A stretch of DNA of 64,000 nt from Anaerolineae bacterium. GTDB taxonomy: Bacteria; Chloroflexota; Anaerolineae; UBA1429. Within the stretch, counting starts at the first letter, position 1. Every line of letters starts with the position of its first letter. The DNA lies in contig OY776562.1 in NCBI GenBank assembly GCA_963675785.1, positions 864,001 to 928,000 on the forward strand, in the 5' to 3' direction. This document shows, piece by piece, positions 18,894-27,964 of the stretch. The position numbers were made by a program, and so were the translations under genes. The notes below the pieces were generated by a model. It had not been told where the DNA came from. It ran no database searches and worked only from the letters and a program-made list of their open reading frames with translations.

Positions 18894-21059
18894 ATGCCAG
18901 AGCAGCCGGATTACGAGCTGGTCTTGCAGCTAGTAGAGGGTGACGAGCCCCGCTTTATTGAGGCAATGAAGGCTTTGGGCGTTCTGTCTCAGGTTCGGGT
19001 GAATGAACTTGCCTTTGCCGCCCTGTTGACTGCGCCCCTCGATCGCCATCCCCATTTGTATGCCGTATTGAACGGCGCTACCAGTGATGGCTTGATCGAG
19101 CGCCTGCGTGAGGGCATGCGCAGCGAGGACCAGGACGTGCGCTTTGAAGCTGCGCTGGCTGCGGCGCGTATGGCCGTTTATTCCGATTCTACGCAGCGCC
19201 TCAAGCTGTTGACGCTTCTCTCTGTGCTTCCTCTGGACGATATTTCCGCGCTGCTGACCCTGGGCCTCTCTCGTTTGGAAATGGTGGCCTATACCCTGTT
19301 TTGGGATGCCCTCTTTGTGACGGCTCCGGTGCAGGCGGCGCGCAGTCTAGCCGACGCCATGGACACCCATCGCGATGCCGGGGCGGCGGCCTATGTGTTG
19401 TACCGCGAGACCAGCATGGAGCTGATGATCTCGGCGTTGGCCGAATCCCAAGCTATTTCCCTTGCGCCCATCTTGGGCCTGGTGGCACGCTACTTGTTCG
19501 ATGAGGGTACGATTGCGATTGGCCCGGCGGCTGGCCTGTGGGAGCGCAGCATCGAGGCTTTTATCCAGGCATATATTGTCAGCAGCACTGCTGAGGAACG
19601 CGCTTTGCTGGTTAGTGGGTTGGAGATCATGGGCCAGGAGGCCCTGGATTATCTAGCGGTGCAGTTGGAGTTGGCCGATGATGAACGTGCCAACTGGCTC
19701 TCGCAGATATTGGCTGACCTGCATTGGGAACCGGAAGCCAATTTGGCAGGCATCCGTTACTGGATTCATCAGGATGACTTTGATGCCTGTGTGGCCGCGG
19801 GATCGCTAGCCATCGAGCCGTTGCGCCAGGTTTTTGCAGGCACCGATCTCAAACGGCGTGATGCTGCTGCCCGGACGTTGGATCATCTCGGTTGGGCACC
19901 CTCGGATGAGGAGCAAGTGCTGCCCTTTCTCGCTGCTCTTGGTCGTTGGGATCAACTCTCACTGGTGACCAGCCGTGCGGGGCAGGTTTTTGAAGAGATG
20001 ATGACCACTGAGCGCCGGGCTGCCCTCGAGCGCAACCCCGCTTACCGGCAGGGTATCCGTCGGGAGATGATCGCTCGTTCCCAGACCTTGCTTTCCAAAG
20101 CAGCACGCCTGCGCTTGTTGCGCGATGCCCTGCTGGCCGATCCTTCGCCGTTGGTGCGTACAGATGCGCTGGATGCGATTGGCGAGGAGGGCTTGACGGT
20201 CGAGTTGGTACGGCAGAGTCTTTCCCATGAGCTATGGTTGGCCGTGAACGGCGCAGAAGCGCTGGCCGACGTGGATATTCGCGCTCGATTGGTTGACTGG
20301 CTCATTGAACAAGTCAAAGCCCTGCAGGATGTGGCCAGTCTGGAGGCTTTGCTGCAGGTTGCCGTGGATGATCCTGAGGAAAGCTTGCGCGAAAGGGTGA
20401 CCGATTCGCTGCTTTCCATGTACAGCGCCAATACAGAGACCCTGTGGCCCGCCATACGGCGGGTGCTCTCTCGCAAAGAATGGCGCAACGCAGGCTATTT
20501 GCTGATGGCCATCGGTGACGAGGCCCGCGAACGCCTGATCAAAGATATTACCGACGAAGCGGCAGAAGCCAACCGCACAGCCCTGGGGTTGGCGGCGGGC
20601 ATATTGGCCGGCTGTGATTGGCTGCTCTCGGTAGACAAGTTGTGGTTCTCGGATCACCCCCTGCGCTGGGAAGTGGCGGCACGGGTCTATGATCTATGTG
20701 AGCGCTACCCGCTGGAGCCAGAGATGCTGGCGGCTTATTGGATTACGCGGGGCGACCTGGACGAGTGTAAGCGTATCGGTTCGGCTGCCGTGCCTGCGCT
20801 GCTGCGGGCTCTGGCGATGGCGGAGCCCCTCGATCGTGGGCGCATCGCTGCAGTGATGGTGGAGATGGGCAAGGCACCGGGGCGCAAGGTGTTGGATGAC
20901 ATTTGCACCGATCTTCAAGTTCTGGCCGAGATGCCGGATGAATCGGTTGAACAGGTTGTGGATGCGGCACCCGAACATCACGTGACGCTGACGGTGAGCC
21001 GCGAGCAAGATCGTTTGCAGGCGCGTAAACTGTTGGCGCGTTTAAGGCACGAGGAGTAG
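18894..21059 (+). CDS. HEAT/PBS-lyase-like repeat protein
   Basis: All-helical, with HEAT-like units (DQDVRFEAALA, DPSPLVRTDALDAI) and internal repeats YWI..DFD.C...G..A...L. Confidence 0.7.
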   Translation: MPEQPDYELVLQLVEGDEPRFIEAMKALGVLSQVRVNELAFAALLTAPLDRHPHLYAVLNGATSDGLIERLREGMRSEDQDVRFEAALAAARMAVYSDSTQRLKLLTLLSVLPLDDISALLTLGLSRLEMVAYTLFWDALFVTAPVQAARSLADAMDTHRDAGAAAYVLYRETSMELMISALAESQAISLAPILGLVARYLFDEGTIAIGPAAGLWERSIEAFIQAYIVSSTAEERALLVSGLEIMGQEALDYLAVQLELADDERANWLSQILADLHWEPEANLAGIRYWIHQDDFDACVAAGSLAIEPLRQVFAGTDLKRRDAAARTLDHLGWAPSDEEQVLPFLAALGRWDQLSLVTSRAGQVFEEMMTTERRAALERNPAYRQGIRREMIARSQTLLSKAARLRLLRDALLADPSPLVRTDALDAIGEEGLTVELVRQSLSHELWLAVNGAEALADVDIRARLVDWLIEQVKALQDVASLEALLQVAVDDPEESLRERVTDSLLSMYSANTETLWPAIRRVLSRKEWRNAGYLLMAIGDEARERLIKDITDEAAEANRTALGLAAGILAGCDWLLSVDKLWFSDHPLRWEVAARVYDLCERYPLEPEMLAAYWITRGDLDECKRIGSAAVPALLRALAMAEPLDRGRIAAVMVEMGKAPGRKVLDDICTDLQVLAEMPDESVEQVVDAAPEHHVTLTVSREQDRLQARKLLARLRHEE

Positions 21060-21062
21060 AAC

Positions 21063-21881
21063 ATGCCCGAGCTTCCCGAAGCCTGTACCATTGCCAGCCA
21101 GCTCAATGAAGCTGTCGTGGGGGCGCGCATCGTCTCGGTGGAGCTGGGTCAGCCCAAATGCCTGAACCTGGAACCGCAAGTGTGGGAAGAGCGCATCGTG
21201 GGCCAGCGCATTACGGGTGTAGTTTCACACGGCAAGTGGATTCGGTTCACGCTGGAGCGCGATTACTGGTACGTGAGCCTGGGCATGGGTGGCGAATTGC
21301 TGCTGCTCGATGAAGGAGACGAACTGCCGGAAAAGCGGCAGGCGGTGGTGCGATTGGACGATGGGCGTAAGCTCTGCATCCATTTCTGGTGGTTTGGCTA
21401 TTTGCATCTGGTGGACATGGCCGATCCCGAAGCACATGCCATGACGGCGACGCTGGGGCCGGATGTGATGTCTGACGCGTTCGATCTGGATTTTTTGACC
21501 CAGTTATTGCAGGGCAGCCGGGCAGGCGTGAAGAACATTTTGCTGGACCAAAAGCGATTGGCGGGGATCGGCAACATGTACTCGCACGACATCCTGTGGA
21601 CGGCGGGCATTCATCCGTTGCGGGCGGCGAATACGCTCAGCGAGGAAGAGATCAAGGCGCTATACGCGAGCATTCGCGACCGCTTTGAAAAGGCTATTGC
21701 CTTGGGCGGGAGCTATTGGGAGGTCGATATTCACGGGCAGCATGGCGGCTATGACAAATCGCACATGCAGATTGGCTACCGCAGTGAACACCCCTGTCCG
21801 CGGTGCGGCGGGCCGATTGAGGAGATTCGCACGGGGAGTAGGTCGGCATTTGTGTGCCCGATATGCCAGCCGCTGGAATGA
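21063..21881 (+). CDS. mutM: Fpg/Nei family DNA glycosylase
   Basis: N-terminal PELPE, GK, H2TH LLDQKRLAGIGNMYS, C-terminal CPRC..CPIC zinc finger. Confidence 0.85.
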   Translation: MPELPEACTIASQLNEAVVGARIVSVELGQPKCLNLEPQVWEERIVGQRITGVVSHGKWIRFTLERDYWYVSLGMGGELLLLDEGDELPEKRQAVVRLDDGRKLCIHFWWFGYLHLVDMADPEAHAMTATLGPDVMSDAFDLDFLTQLLQGSRAGVKNILLDQKRLAGIGNMYSHDILWTAGIHPLRAANTLSEEEIKALYASIRDRFEKAIALGGSYWEVDIHGQHGGYDKSHMQIGYRSEHPCPRCGGPIEEIRTGSRSAFVCPICQPLE

Positions 21882-21904
21882 CCAGCGACTGGCTTTTTTT
21901 GTTA

Positions 21905-22819
21905 TTACAGACGTGAACGGGCTTGTTCCCAGGTGGGTTGACCGTTGAAACCGCCCAATTGTTCGGTCGTGGCCCCGCCGCAGATGGTCCCCAGACGCAG
22001 GCACTGTTCCAGCGGTAGCTCGCGCAGCCAGCCAGAAATGAACCCCGCATCAAAGGTATCCCCAGCACCAGTGGTATCGACTACCTTGGCCGGGCAGGCT
22101 GGCACCTGAACGGTGCGACCAGCGGCCACGCCAGTGGCCCCTTTTGCACCACGCTTGACGACCAGTACGGAAACCCGTCTGGACATGGCGGCAATGGCTG
22201 TATCCAAATCCTTTTCACCGCTGATGGCCAACAACTCGTTCTCGTTGGGCAGCAAGATGTCAGTTTCGGCTATGAGGTCATCCACCTGCCAGGCCTCATC
22301 GGGGTCCCAGTTGGTATCCAACGAGACGGTCATGCCGTGGGCGCGGGCCTTGTGCATCAGTTCGGGCAGCGCCGGGCGCAGCCTGGTCAGCAAAAAGGGG
22401 CTGGCGACGTGAAGGTGCTGGCACTGGTCGAACCAGGCCTCGTCGATGATCTCGGGGCCGATTTCGGCCATGGAGCCCAGATAGGTGAGGCCAGCACGAT
22501 CCTGGCCGCGAGAGAGCATGACGGTAACGCCGGTTTTGATGGCGGGATCCACGATGATGTGCTCGATCGAGCCGCCGACGTCCTCCAGGCGTTGCAGCAG
22601 GAAACGGCCATAGAGGTCATCGCCGACAATACTGGCGAAGAGGGGATTCAACCCTTGCCGACTGCAACCCGCCGCGAAAATGCCACAGGAGCCGCCGGCC
22701 AGCAGGGCAATGTCGTCGATGATTTTTTCCACCTGGCCGAACTCGGGCGTTACGTCACCGGTCAGGATGATGTCGACGTTGTATTCGCCAATGATCAGCA
22801 CGCCATGGGGCCGCTTCAT
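21905..22819 (-). CDS. PfkB-family carbohydrate kinase
   Basis: PNENE, VKRGAKG, VVDTTGAGDTFDAGF. Confidence 0.93.
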   Translation of the reverse strand: MKRPHGVLIIGEYNVDIILTGDVTPEFGQVEKIIDDIALLAGGSCGIFAAGCSRQGLNPLFASIVGDDLYGRFLLQRLEDVGGSIEHIIVDPAIKTGVTVMLSRGQDRAGLTYLGSMAEIGPEIIDEAWFDQCQHLHVASPFLLTRLRPALPELMHKARAHGMTVSLDTNWDPDEAWQVDDLIAETDILLPNENELLAISGEKDLDTAIAAMSRRVSVLVVKRGAKGATGVAAGRTVQVPACPAKVVDTTGAGDTFDAGFISGWLRELPLEQCLRLGTICGGATTEQLGGFNGQPTWEQARSRL

Positions 22820-23883
22820 GAGGTCATCTCCGTCCCGTTCAGCTTGATGGCCATGACCACGTTGCGCGGGCGATCGGGGTTGAGGCCCTTGGCCAGGGAG
22901 CGGTAATAGGCCATGAGTTGCACAAAGGGCAGATAAAGCACCGGGAGAGCGTCCTCGCTGACGGGGGCTTGCAGGTCAAAGCTATCGTAGGCCCCGACGC
23001 CGGTTGTGTCGTTGGCGATGACGGCAATGGCAGCCTGACGCTGGGTCAGGTCGTCAAGGACGGCCAGCTCGTAATCGCGGGTACGCTCAGAGAGCAGGCC
23101 CACCACCAGATGTTGCGGATCTACCAGTGACATGGGGCCGTGCCTGAACTCCATGAAACGGTAGGGTTCGGCAAGTGTAAGCGACATCTCTTTCATCTTG
23201 ACGGTGGATTCGGCGGCTAGGCCATAGTTGACGCCGGAACCGAGATAGGTGATGCGCTGGTAGTCCAGATTGCTGCCCAGCTTTTTGGCCAATGGTTCGG
23301 CGCGAGCGATGAGGTCGCCGGCCATATCTGGCAGAGACTCTAGCTCGGCAAGCAACTGCTCGTTGCCAGCCAGATGGGCGGCCATGGCCTGTACAGCTAT
23401 GAGCATACCGGCGAAGGAGCGCGTTTGGGCAAAGCTCTCTTCGCGGCCTTGCACGATCTCGACGGTGATATCCGAAGCATCGGAAAGGCCGGTTTCGCTA
23501 TAGCAACTGACGGTGATGACCCGAGCGCCGCGTTCTTGAAGGTGCTTGACGGCCAAGATGGTCTCGGTGGTATCACCCGAGCGAGACAGGGCAATGACGA
23601 GAGGTTTTTCATCGGCAGTGAGCAGGGTGTCGGTTTGCAGCAACAGTTCGGACGAGGCGACGCCACGGCAACTGCGTCCGGTGATGCGCTGAAAATAGGG
23701 CGCCGCAAATTGGGCTAGATAATGGGTCGAGCCACAGCCGCAAAAGATGTGCGGGGCGCCCTCGAATTCGGCGAACAGCCTGGCCAGCTTGGGCCACTGC
23801 TCTTCCACGTTTGCCAGGGCGCAGCGCCAGCTGGCAGCCTGTGTGGTGATCTCACGATAGGAAAACACACCTGCTTGTGTCAC
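22816..23883 (-). CDS. Two-SIS-domain sugar-phosphate isomerase/deaminase (AgaS/FrlB/GlmS C-terminal-like)
   Basis: GCGST, SRSGDTTET, EESFAQTRSF, KMKEM, EFRHGP, GLNPDRPRN. Confidence 0.9.
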   Translation of the reverse strand: MTQAGVFSYREITTQAASWRCALANVEEQWPKLARLFAEFEGAPHIFCGCGSTHYLAQFAAPYFQRITGRSCRGVASSELLLQTDTLLTADEKPLVIALSRSGDTTETILAVKHLQERGARVITVSCYSETGLSDASDITVEIVQGREESFAQTRSFAGMLIAVQAMAAHLAGNEQLLAELESLPDMAGDLIARAEPLAKKLGSNLDYQRITYLGSGVNYGLAAESTVKMKEMSLTLAEPYRFMEFRHGPMSLVDPQHLVVGLLSERTRDYELAVLDDLTQRQAAIAVIANDTTGVGAYDSFDLQAPVSEDALPVLYLPFVQLMAYYRSLAKGLNPDRPRNVVMAIKLNGTEMTS

Positions 23884-23917
23884 GAATGCCTCCTCAATGC
23901 CTATTTACTACAACCCG

Positions 23918-23947
23918 CTTATCGGGCCTTATCGGGCCTTATCGGGC
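23918..23947. repeat. 3x 10-bp tandem repeat cttatcgggc
   Basis: cttatcgggc x3; the last copy contains the stop codon of the minus-strand hydrolase. Confidence 0.9.
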
Positions 23948-24673
23948 GTCTTGCCAACTCTCCAAAGGAGAGAGGATTTCCACATGGGCCTGTGGGCAGC
24001 GCACGCCCACTTGTCTGGTCAGATCGTCGGTATCAGCCTCTTGCCCGGGGAAGGTGTTATAGTGGCCGGGGATCAACACCTCGGCGCCGAGCAACTCCAT
24101 GGCATAGGCAGCCTCGCGCACGCCCATGGTGTACTTGCCGCCGATGGGCAGCACAGCCACCATCGGCTTGTATAGCTTACCAATGAGGGCCATATCGCCA
24201 AATACGCCGGTATCACCCGCAAAATAGATGGTGGGGCCGGCCTCCTGCTCAATGACCATACCGCAGGTGCCGGAGCCTGGTGTTACCTGGCCGCTCTCGG
24301 CGTATTCACGCCCCATGATATCCGAGCTATGCAGGGCAAAGACGGCATTGATGCGCACATCCAACTGTTTGATGCTGCCACCGGTGTGCAGGGTGCCGCC
24401 ATTGTGGTCATAAGGGATGCCGTGGCGCTCGCAGTAGGTGGCAATCTCGGGCAGGGTGACCAGTGTGGCGCCGGTTTGGGCCACAATCTCGATGGCGTTG
24501 CCCAGGTGGTCGTTATGGCCATGGGTGACGCAAACGAGGTCGGCGTCATCGATTTCTTCAAGAGTGATGGGGCAAGCCGGGTTGTCGGTGATCCAGGGAT
24601 CGAGGTAGATGATGGTGCCCTTGCCGGTGATCATTTTCCAGGAGCCGTGGCCGAGCCAGGTGATGGTGGTCAT
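23939..24673 (-). CDS. Metallo-beta-lactamase-fold metal-dependent hydrolase (UPF0173)
   Basis: ITWLGHG, THGHNDH, AGDT, LPIGGKYTM, PGHYNTF. Confidence 0.9.
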   Translation of the reverse strand: MTTITWLGHGSWKMITGKGTIIYLDPWITDNPACPITLEEIDDADLVCVTHGHNDHLGNAIEIVAQTGATLVTLPEIATYCERHGIPYDHNGGTLHTGGSIKQLDVRINAVFALHSSDIMGREYAESGQVTPGSGTCGMVIEQEAGPTIYFAGDTGVFGDMALIGKLYKPMVAVLPIGGKYTMGVREAAYAMELLGAEVLIPGHYNTFPGQEADTDDLTRQVGVRCPQAHVEILSPLESWQDAR

Positions 24674-24677
24674 ATTA

Positions 24678-25622
24678 TCAGGCCTCCTTGTGCGGCGCTG
24701 ATTGCGGCGTGGAATGCGGCGCCAGGCCGCGGCGATAGTCTTTTTCCGTCCAGATGCCCAAACCGCTATTGACATAATCTTTACAGGCGGTTACTGAATC
24801 CAGCGGGCGATACCCCGTGAAATCGAGATCGTCGACGATCCAACCATCATAGCCGGCCTCACGCAGGATGGCGGTTACGGCGGGGAAATCGACACAACCG
24901 CGACCGAGTTCCACCCAACGCCCGCGCGAATCGACGCCGTAGGCGCCCTCGTCGCTGGGCACGGCTGGACCGTTGGCCCATAGCGGCGCCGTGGGGCGCC
25001 CGGCAAAGGTGACATCCTTGTAATGTACATAGGCAATGCGCGGCGCGTATTTGCGAATGGTGGCGTTCACGTCGAAATCGCCCAGCACGAGTTGGCCGAT
25101 ATCGGGACAGAACTTTAGCAGGGCCGGGTCGGTGCGGGCCATGAGCTGGTCAAAGGTGGCGGAGATCTCGAAAATGCTGCCCCAATGCTGATGCCAGGCC
25201 GTGGTCAGGCCCAGTTTGGCAGCATAGTCAGCCAGTTCGTTGGCGGTATCGGCTACGCGCCCAATGTGAGCGTCGAGGGTATCGGGCGGCAATTCGGGGT
25301 GCTTGCGGCCGCCGTCCAGTAGCATGACCTGCATACCCAGCTCGGCGCAAAAGCGGCAGCGCTCACGAAAATGCTGCATCCCGGCCAGGCGGGGTTCGTC
25401 GTACCAGTAATCCATGGAGGTGTAATAGGTGGAAAGCTCCAGATCGTGCATGCGCAGCAGGGTGGCGAGTTCGCCCACCCGATTGCTGTAGGCATCATAT
25501 AAAAAGGCAAAACACATCTCGAATCCGTCAAGGCCAGCGAGGGACATCTCGTCTAGCATACGATGCCAGTTCTCAAGGTGGTTATCTCTGAGCCACAGTT
25601 GCGTGCCGAATCCAAACTTCAC
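24678..25622 (-). CDS. Sugar phosphate isomerase/epimerase (IolE/xylose-isomerase-like TIM barrel)
   Basis: WHQHWG, CPDIGQ, YVHYKD, WVELGRGCVDF, GYDGWIV. Confidence 0.85.
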   Translation of the reverse strand: MKFGFGTQLWLRDNHLENWHRMLDEMSLAGLDGFEMCFAFLYDAYSNRVGELATLLRMHDLELSTYYTSMDYWYDEPRLAGMQHFRERCRFCAELGMQVMLLDGGRKHPELPPDTLDAHIGRVADTANELADYAAKLGLTTAWHQHWGSIFEISATFDQLMARTDPALLKFCPDIGQLVLGDFDVNATIRKYAPRIAYVHYKDVTFAGRPTAPLWANGPAVPSDEGAYGVDSRGRWVELGRGCVDFPAVTAILREAGYDGWIVDDLDFTGYRPLDSVTACKDYVNSGLGIWTEKDYRRGLAPHSTPQSAPHKEA

Positions 25623-25692
25623 TTGTTACCCCCTCTCATTATGATGATGGCATGGTGCCACGCTCTATTGGGCATGTCAAACAAAAGTTGTA

Positions 25693-25721
25693 TTGACAAG
25701 AGGCCCTCAGACTAGTATATT
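25693..25721 (+). promoter_or_regulatory. Sigma70-type promoter
   Basis: TTGACA-17 nt-TATATT. Confidence 0.75.
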
Positions 25722-25732
25722 TACACAAAATA

Positions 25733-25773
25733 CAGGCGAAGACGCCAATGGCGGCGTGTTCGCCTGCTTTTTT
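25733..25773 (+). terminator. Promoter-proximal intrinsic terminator (leader attenuator)
   Basis: caggcgaa-g-acgcc-aatggc-ggcgt-g-ttcgcctg followed by ctttttt. Confidence 0.75.
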
Positions 25774-25867
25774 ATACCCGTGAACAAGGCCGAAGTTTGA
25801 TCTACTTTGATAAAGACATGTGGTGCGGTTGGGCAGATGTCACTTTGGTGACAGGAGTGTGGGTCGT

Positions 25868-27253
25868 ATGTTAGAGTTCAACAAGAGAAGTAATACGCTG
25901 GAAGAGAACGAGTACGAGTTTGAGCTGCAAGATGTTGAGAATCCCCATCTTTACAGGCTCTTGTACACCTATGACCAAGTGCCCAAGATCCCCTTCAACC
26001 ATCGCCATGTGCCCATGCGTACTCCTGATGAACTCTGGATCACGGATACGACCTTTCGCGATGGCCAGCAGGCTCGCGAACCTTATTCCACCGGGCAGAT
26101 CGTGCAGTTGTTCGAGTATTTGCATGCTCTCAGCGGCCCCAAAGGCATCATCCGCCAGAGCGAGTTCTTTTTGTACAGCAAGCGCGACCGCGACGCCGTA
26201 GAGGCTTGCCGCGCCTTGGGTTACGAGTTCCCCGAGATTACCGCCTGGATTCGGGCGCGTAAAGAGGATTTCGAGCTAGTCAAGAGCATGGGCATTGCCG
26301 AGACGGGCATTTTGGCAAGCTGTTCGGACTATCACATTTTCAAGAAATTGCACATGACTCGCCGCCAGGCCATGGATCAGTTCCTGGGGGTGATCAAGGA
26401 TGCGCTTTCGGTGGGGGTGCGGCCGCGCGTCCATTTCGAGGATATCACTCGCGCCGATTACTATGGCTTTGTACTGCCCTTTGCCAGTGCCATCCGTAAA
26501 CTAGGCGAAGAGGCGGGCGTACCCATCAAGATTCGCGCCTGTGACACGCTGGGCTACGGTGTCAGTTATCCGGGTGCGGCGCTGCCACGCAGTGTGCCGG
26601 GTATTGCCTACGGGTTGTGGCACCATGCCCGCATTCCCAGCGAGCAGCTCGAATGGCACGGCCACAACGATTTTTTCAAGTCGGTTACCAACTCGGGTAC
26701 AGCCTGGCTGTATGGCATGTCGGCTGTGAACTGCACTCTGTTGGGCATCGGCGAACGCACGGGCAACACGCCCACTGAGGCGATGGTGTTCGAGTATGCG
26801 GCACTGCGTGGCACCACGGACGGCATGGATACGACGGTGATTACCGACATTGCTGATTATTACCGCAAAGAGCTGCATTACGAGGTACCGCCGATGTCGC
26901 CATTGGTTGGTGAGGATTTTAACACCACGCGCGCGGGCATTCACGCCGACGGCCTGGCCAAGGATGAAGAAATTTACAATATCTTTGATACGACGGCACT
27001 GCTCAAGCGCCCAGTGCGCGTGCTGGTCAATCAGTCTTCGGGCGCTGCCGGCGTATCTCACTGGATCAACACCTACTTTGGATTGCTCGAAGCCGAGCGC
27101 ATCGACAAACGGGATAATCGGCTGGCGCCGTTGATTGATTGGGTGGCCCAGGCCTATGAAGAAGGGCGTGAGACGGCTTTTAACGATCACGAGATGACTC
27201 TGGCGCTGCAAATGATTTGCCCGGATGTGTATGCTGAGGTAGCAGTAGAGTAG
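25868..27253 (+). CDS. Re-citrate synthase-like DRE-TIM metallolyase
   Basis: LWITDTTFRDGQQAR, SCSDYHIFKKL, HFEDITRAD, EWHGHND, GIGERTGN, TRAGIHADG; resembles clostridial/Syntrophus Re-citrate synthase and lacks the LeuA regulatory domain. Confidence 0.75.
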   Translation: MLEFNKRSNTLEENEYEFELQDVENPHLYRLLYTYDQVPKIPFNHRHVPMRTPDELWITDTTFRDGQQAREPYSTGQIVQLFEYLHALSGPKGIIRQSEFFLYSKRDRDAVEACRALGYEFPEITAWIRARKEDFELVKSMGIAETGILASCSDYHIFKKLHMTRRQAMDQFLGVIKDALSVGVRPRVHFEDITRADYYGFVLPFASAIRKLGEEAGVPIKIRACDTLGYGVSYPGAALPRSVPGIAYGLWHHARIPSEQLEWHGHNDFFKSVTNSGTAWLYGMSAVNCTLLGIGERTGNTPTEAMVFEYAALRGTTDGMDTTVITDIADYYRKELHYEVPPMSPLVGEDFNTTRAGIHADGLAKDEEIYNIFDTTALLKRPVRVLVNQSSGAAGVSHWINTYFGLLEAERIDKRDNRLAPLIDWVAQAYEEGRETAFNDHEMTLALQMICPDVYAEVAVE

Positions 27254-27313
27254 TAGGCGGATAGTTCCGCGAATACATGGCTGCATGGCGATGTGTCAAG
27301 ATAATCAATATGC

Positions 27314-27357
27314 TTTACAATTACACTGATATGGAGTATGATATCAGTGTAATTGTA
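27314..27357 (+). promoter_or_regulatory. abiE promoter with perfect 17-bp inverted-repeat operator
   Basis: tacaattacactgatat-ggagtatg-atatcagtgtaattgta overlapping TTTACA-17-TATGAT. Confidence 0.85.
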
Positions 27358-27376
27358 TTATTGGGAGAATGTGGCC

Positions 27377-27964
27377 ATGAATATGACAACGGAACTGAGC
27401 CAATTAATAAAAGACAATAATGGCATTCTGCTTGCTTCTGATGCAGAACAGGCTGGGGTGTCGAGAACTCGTCTCTCCAAGTTAGTAGAACAGGGCTTAC
27501 TTGAACGTACATCCTGGGGGGTCTATGTGCTCGCTGGTGCCATGGATGATGAACTATTTTCTATGCAACAACGGGCTCCAAAGGTTGTCTATTCGCATGA
27601 GACAGCACTATTTTTGCATGGATTGAGTGATCGGACCCCGTTTCATCATTCCATTACGGTGCCCAGTGCGTACAAACCCTCTCAATTGCTGCGAGAGAGG
27701 TGCAAGGTCTATTACATCAAACGTGGCTTGATTGATTTGGGCAAGACCATTGCCAAGACTAACTTGGGCAACACAGTCACTGTGTACGATATAGAACGGA
27801 CCATTTGCGATGTTGTCAGGAGTCGCAATAGGATGGATGCGCAAATTGTTAGTGAGGCGCTAAGGCGGAGCGCCGACTCTCTTGATCTGAACAGGCTCTA
27901 TAGCTACTCGAAAGAGTTTGGTGTAACGGACATGCTTCGCTGCTACTTGGGGGTGCTGTTGTGA
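27377..27964 (+). CDS. abiEi: Type IV TA antitoxin, AbiEi family
   Basis: wHTH (GVSRTRLSKLVEQGLLER..GVY), SHETALFLHGLSD, YDIERTICD. Confidence 0.88.
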   Translation: MNMTTELSQLIKDNNGILLASDAEQAGVSRTRLSKLVEQGLLERTSWGVYVLAGAMDDELFSMQQRAPKVVYSHETALFLHGLSDRTPFHHSITVPSAYKPSQLLRERCKVYYIKRGLIDLGKTIAKTNLGNTVTVYDIERTICDVVRSRNRMDAQIVSEALRRSADSLDLNRLYSYSKEFGVTDMLRCYLGVLL

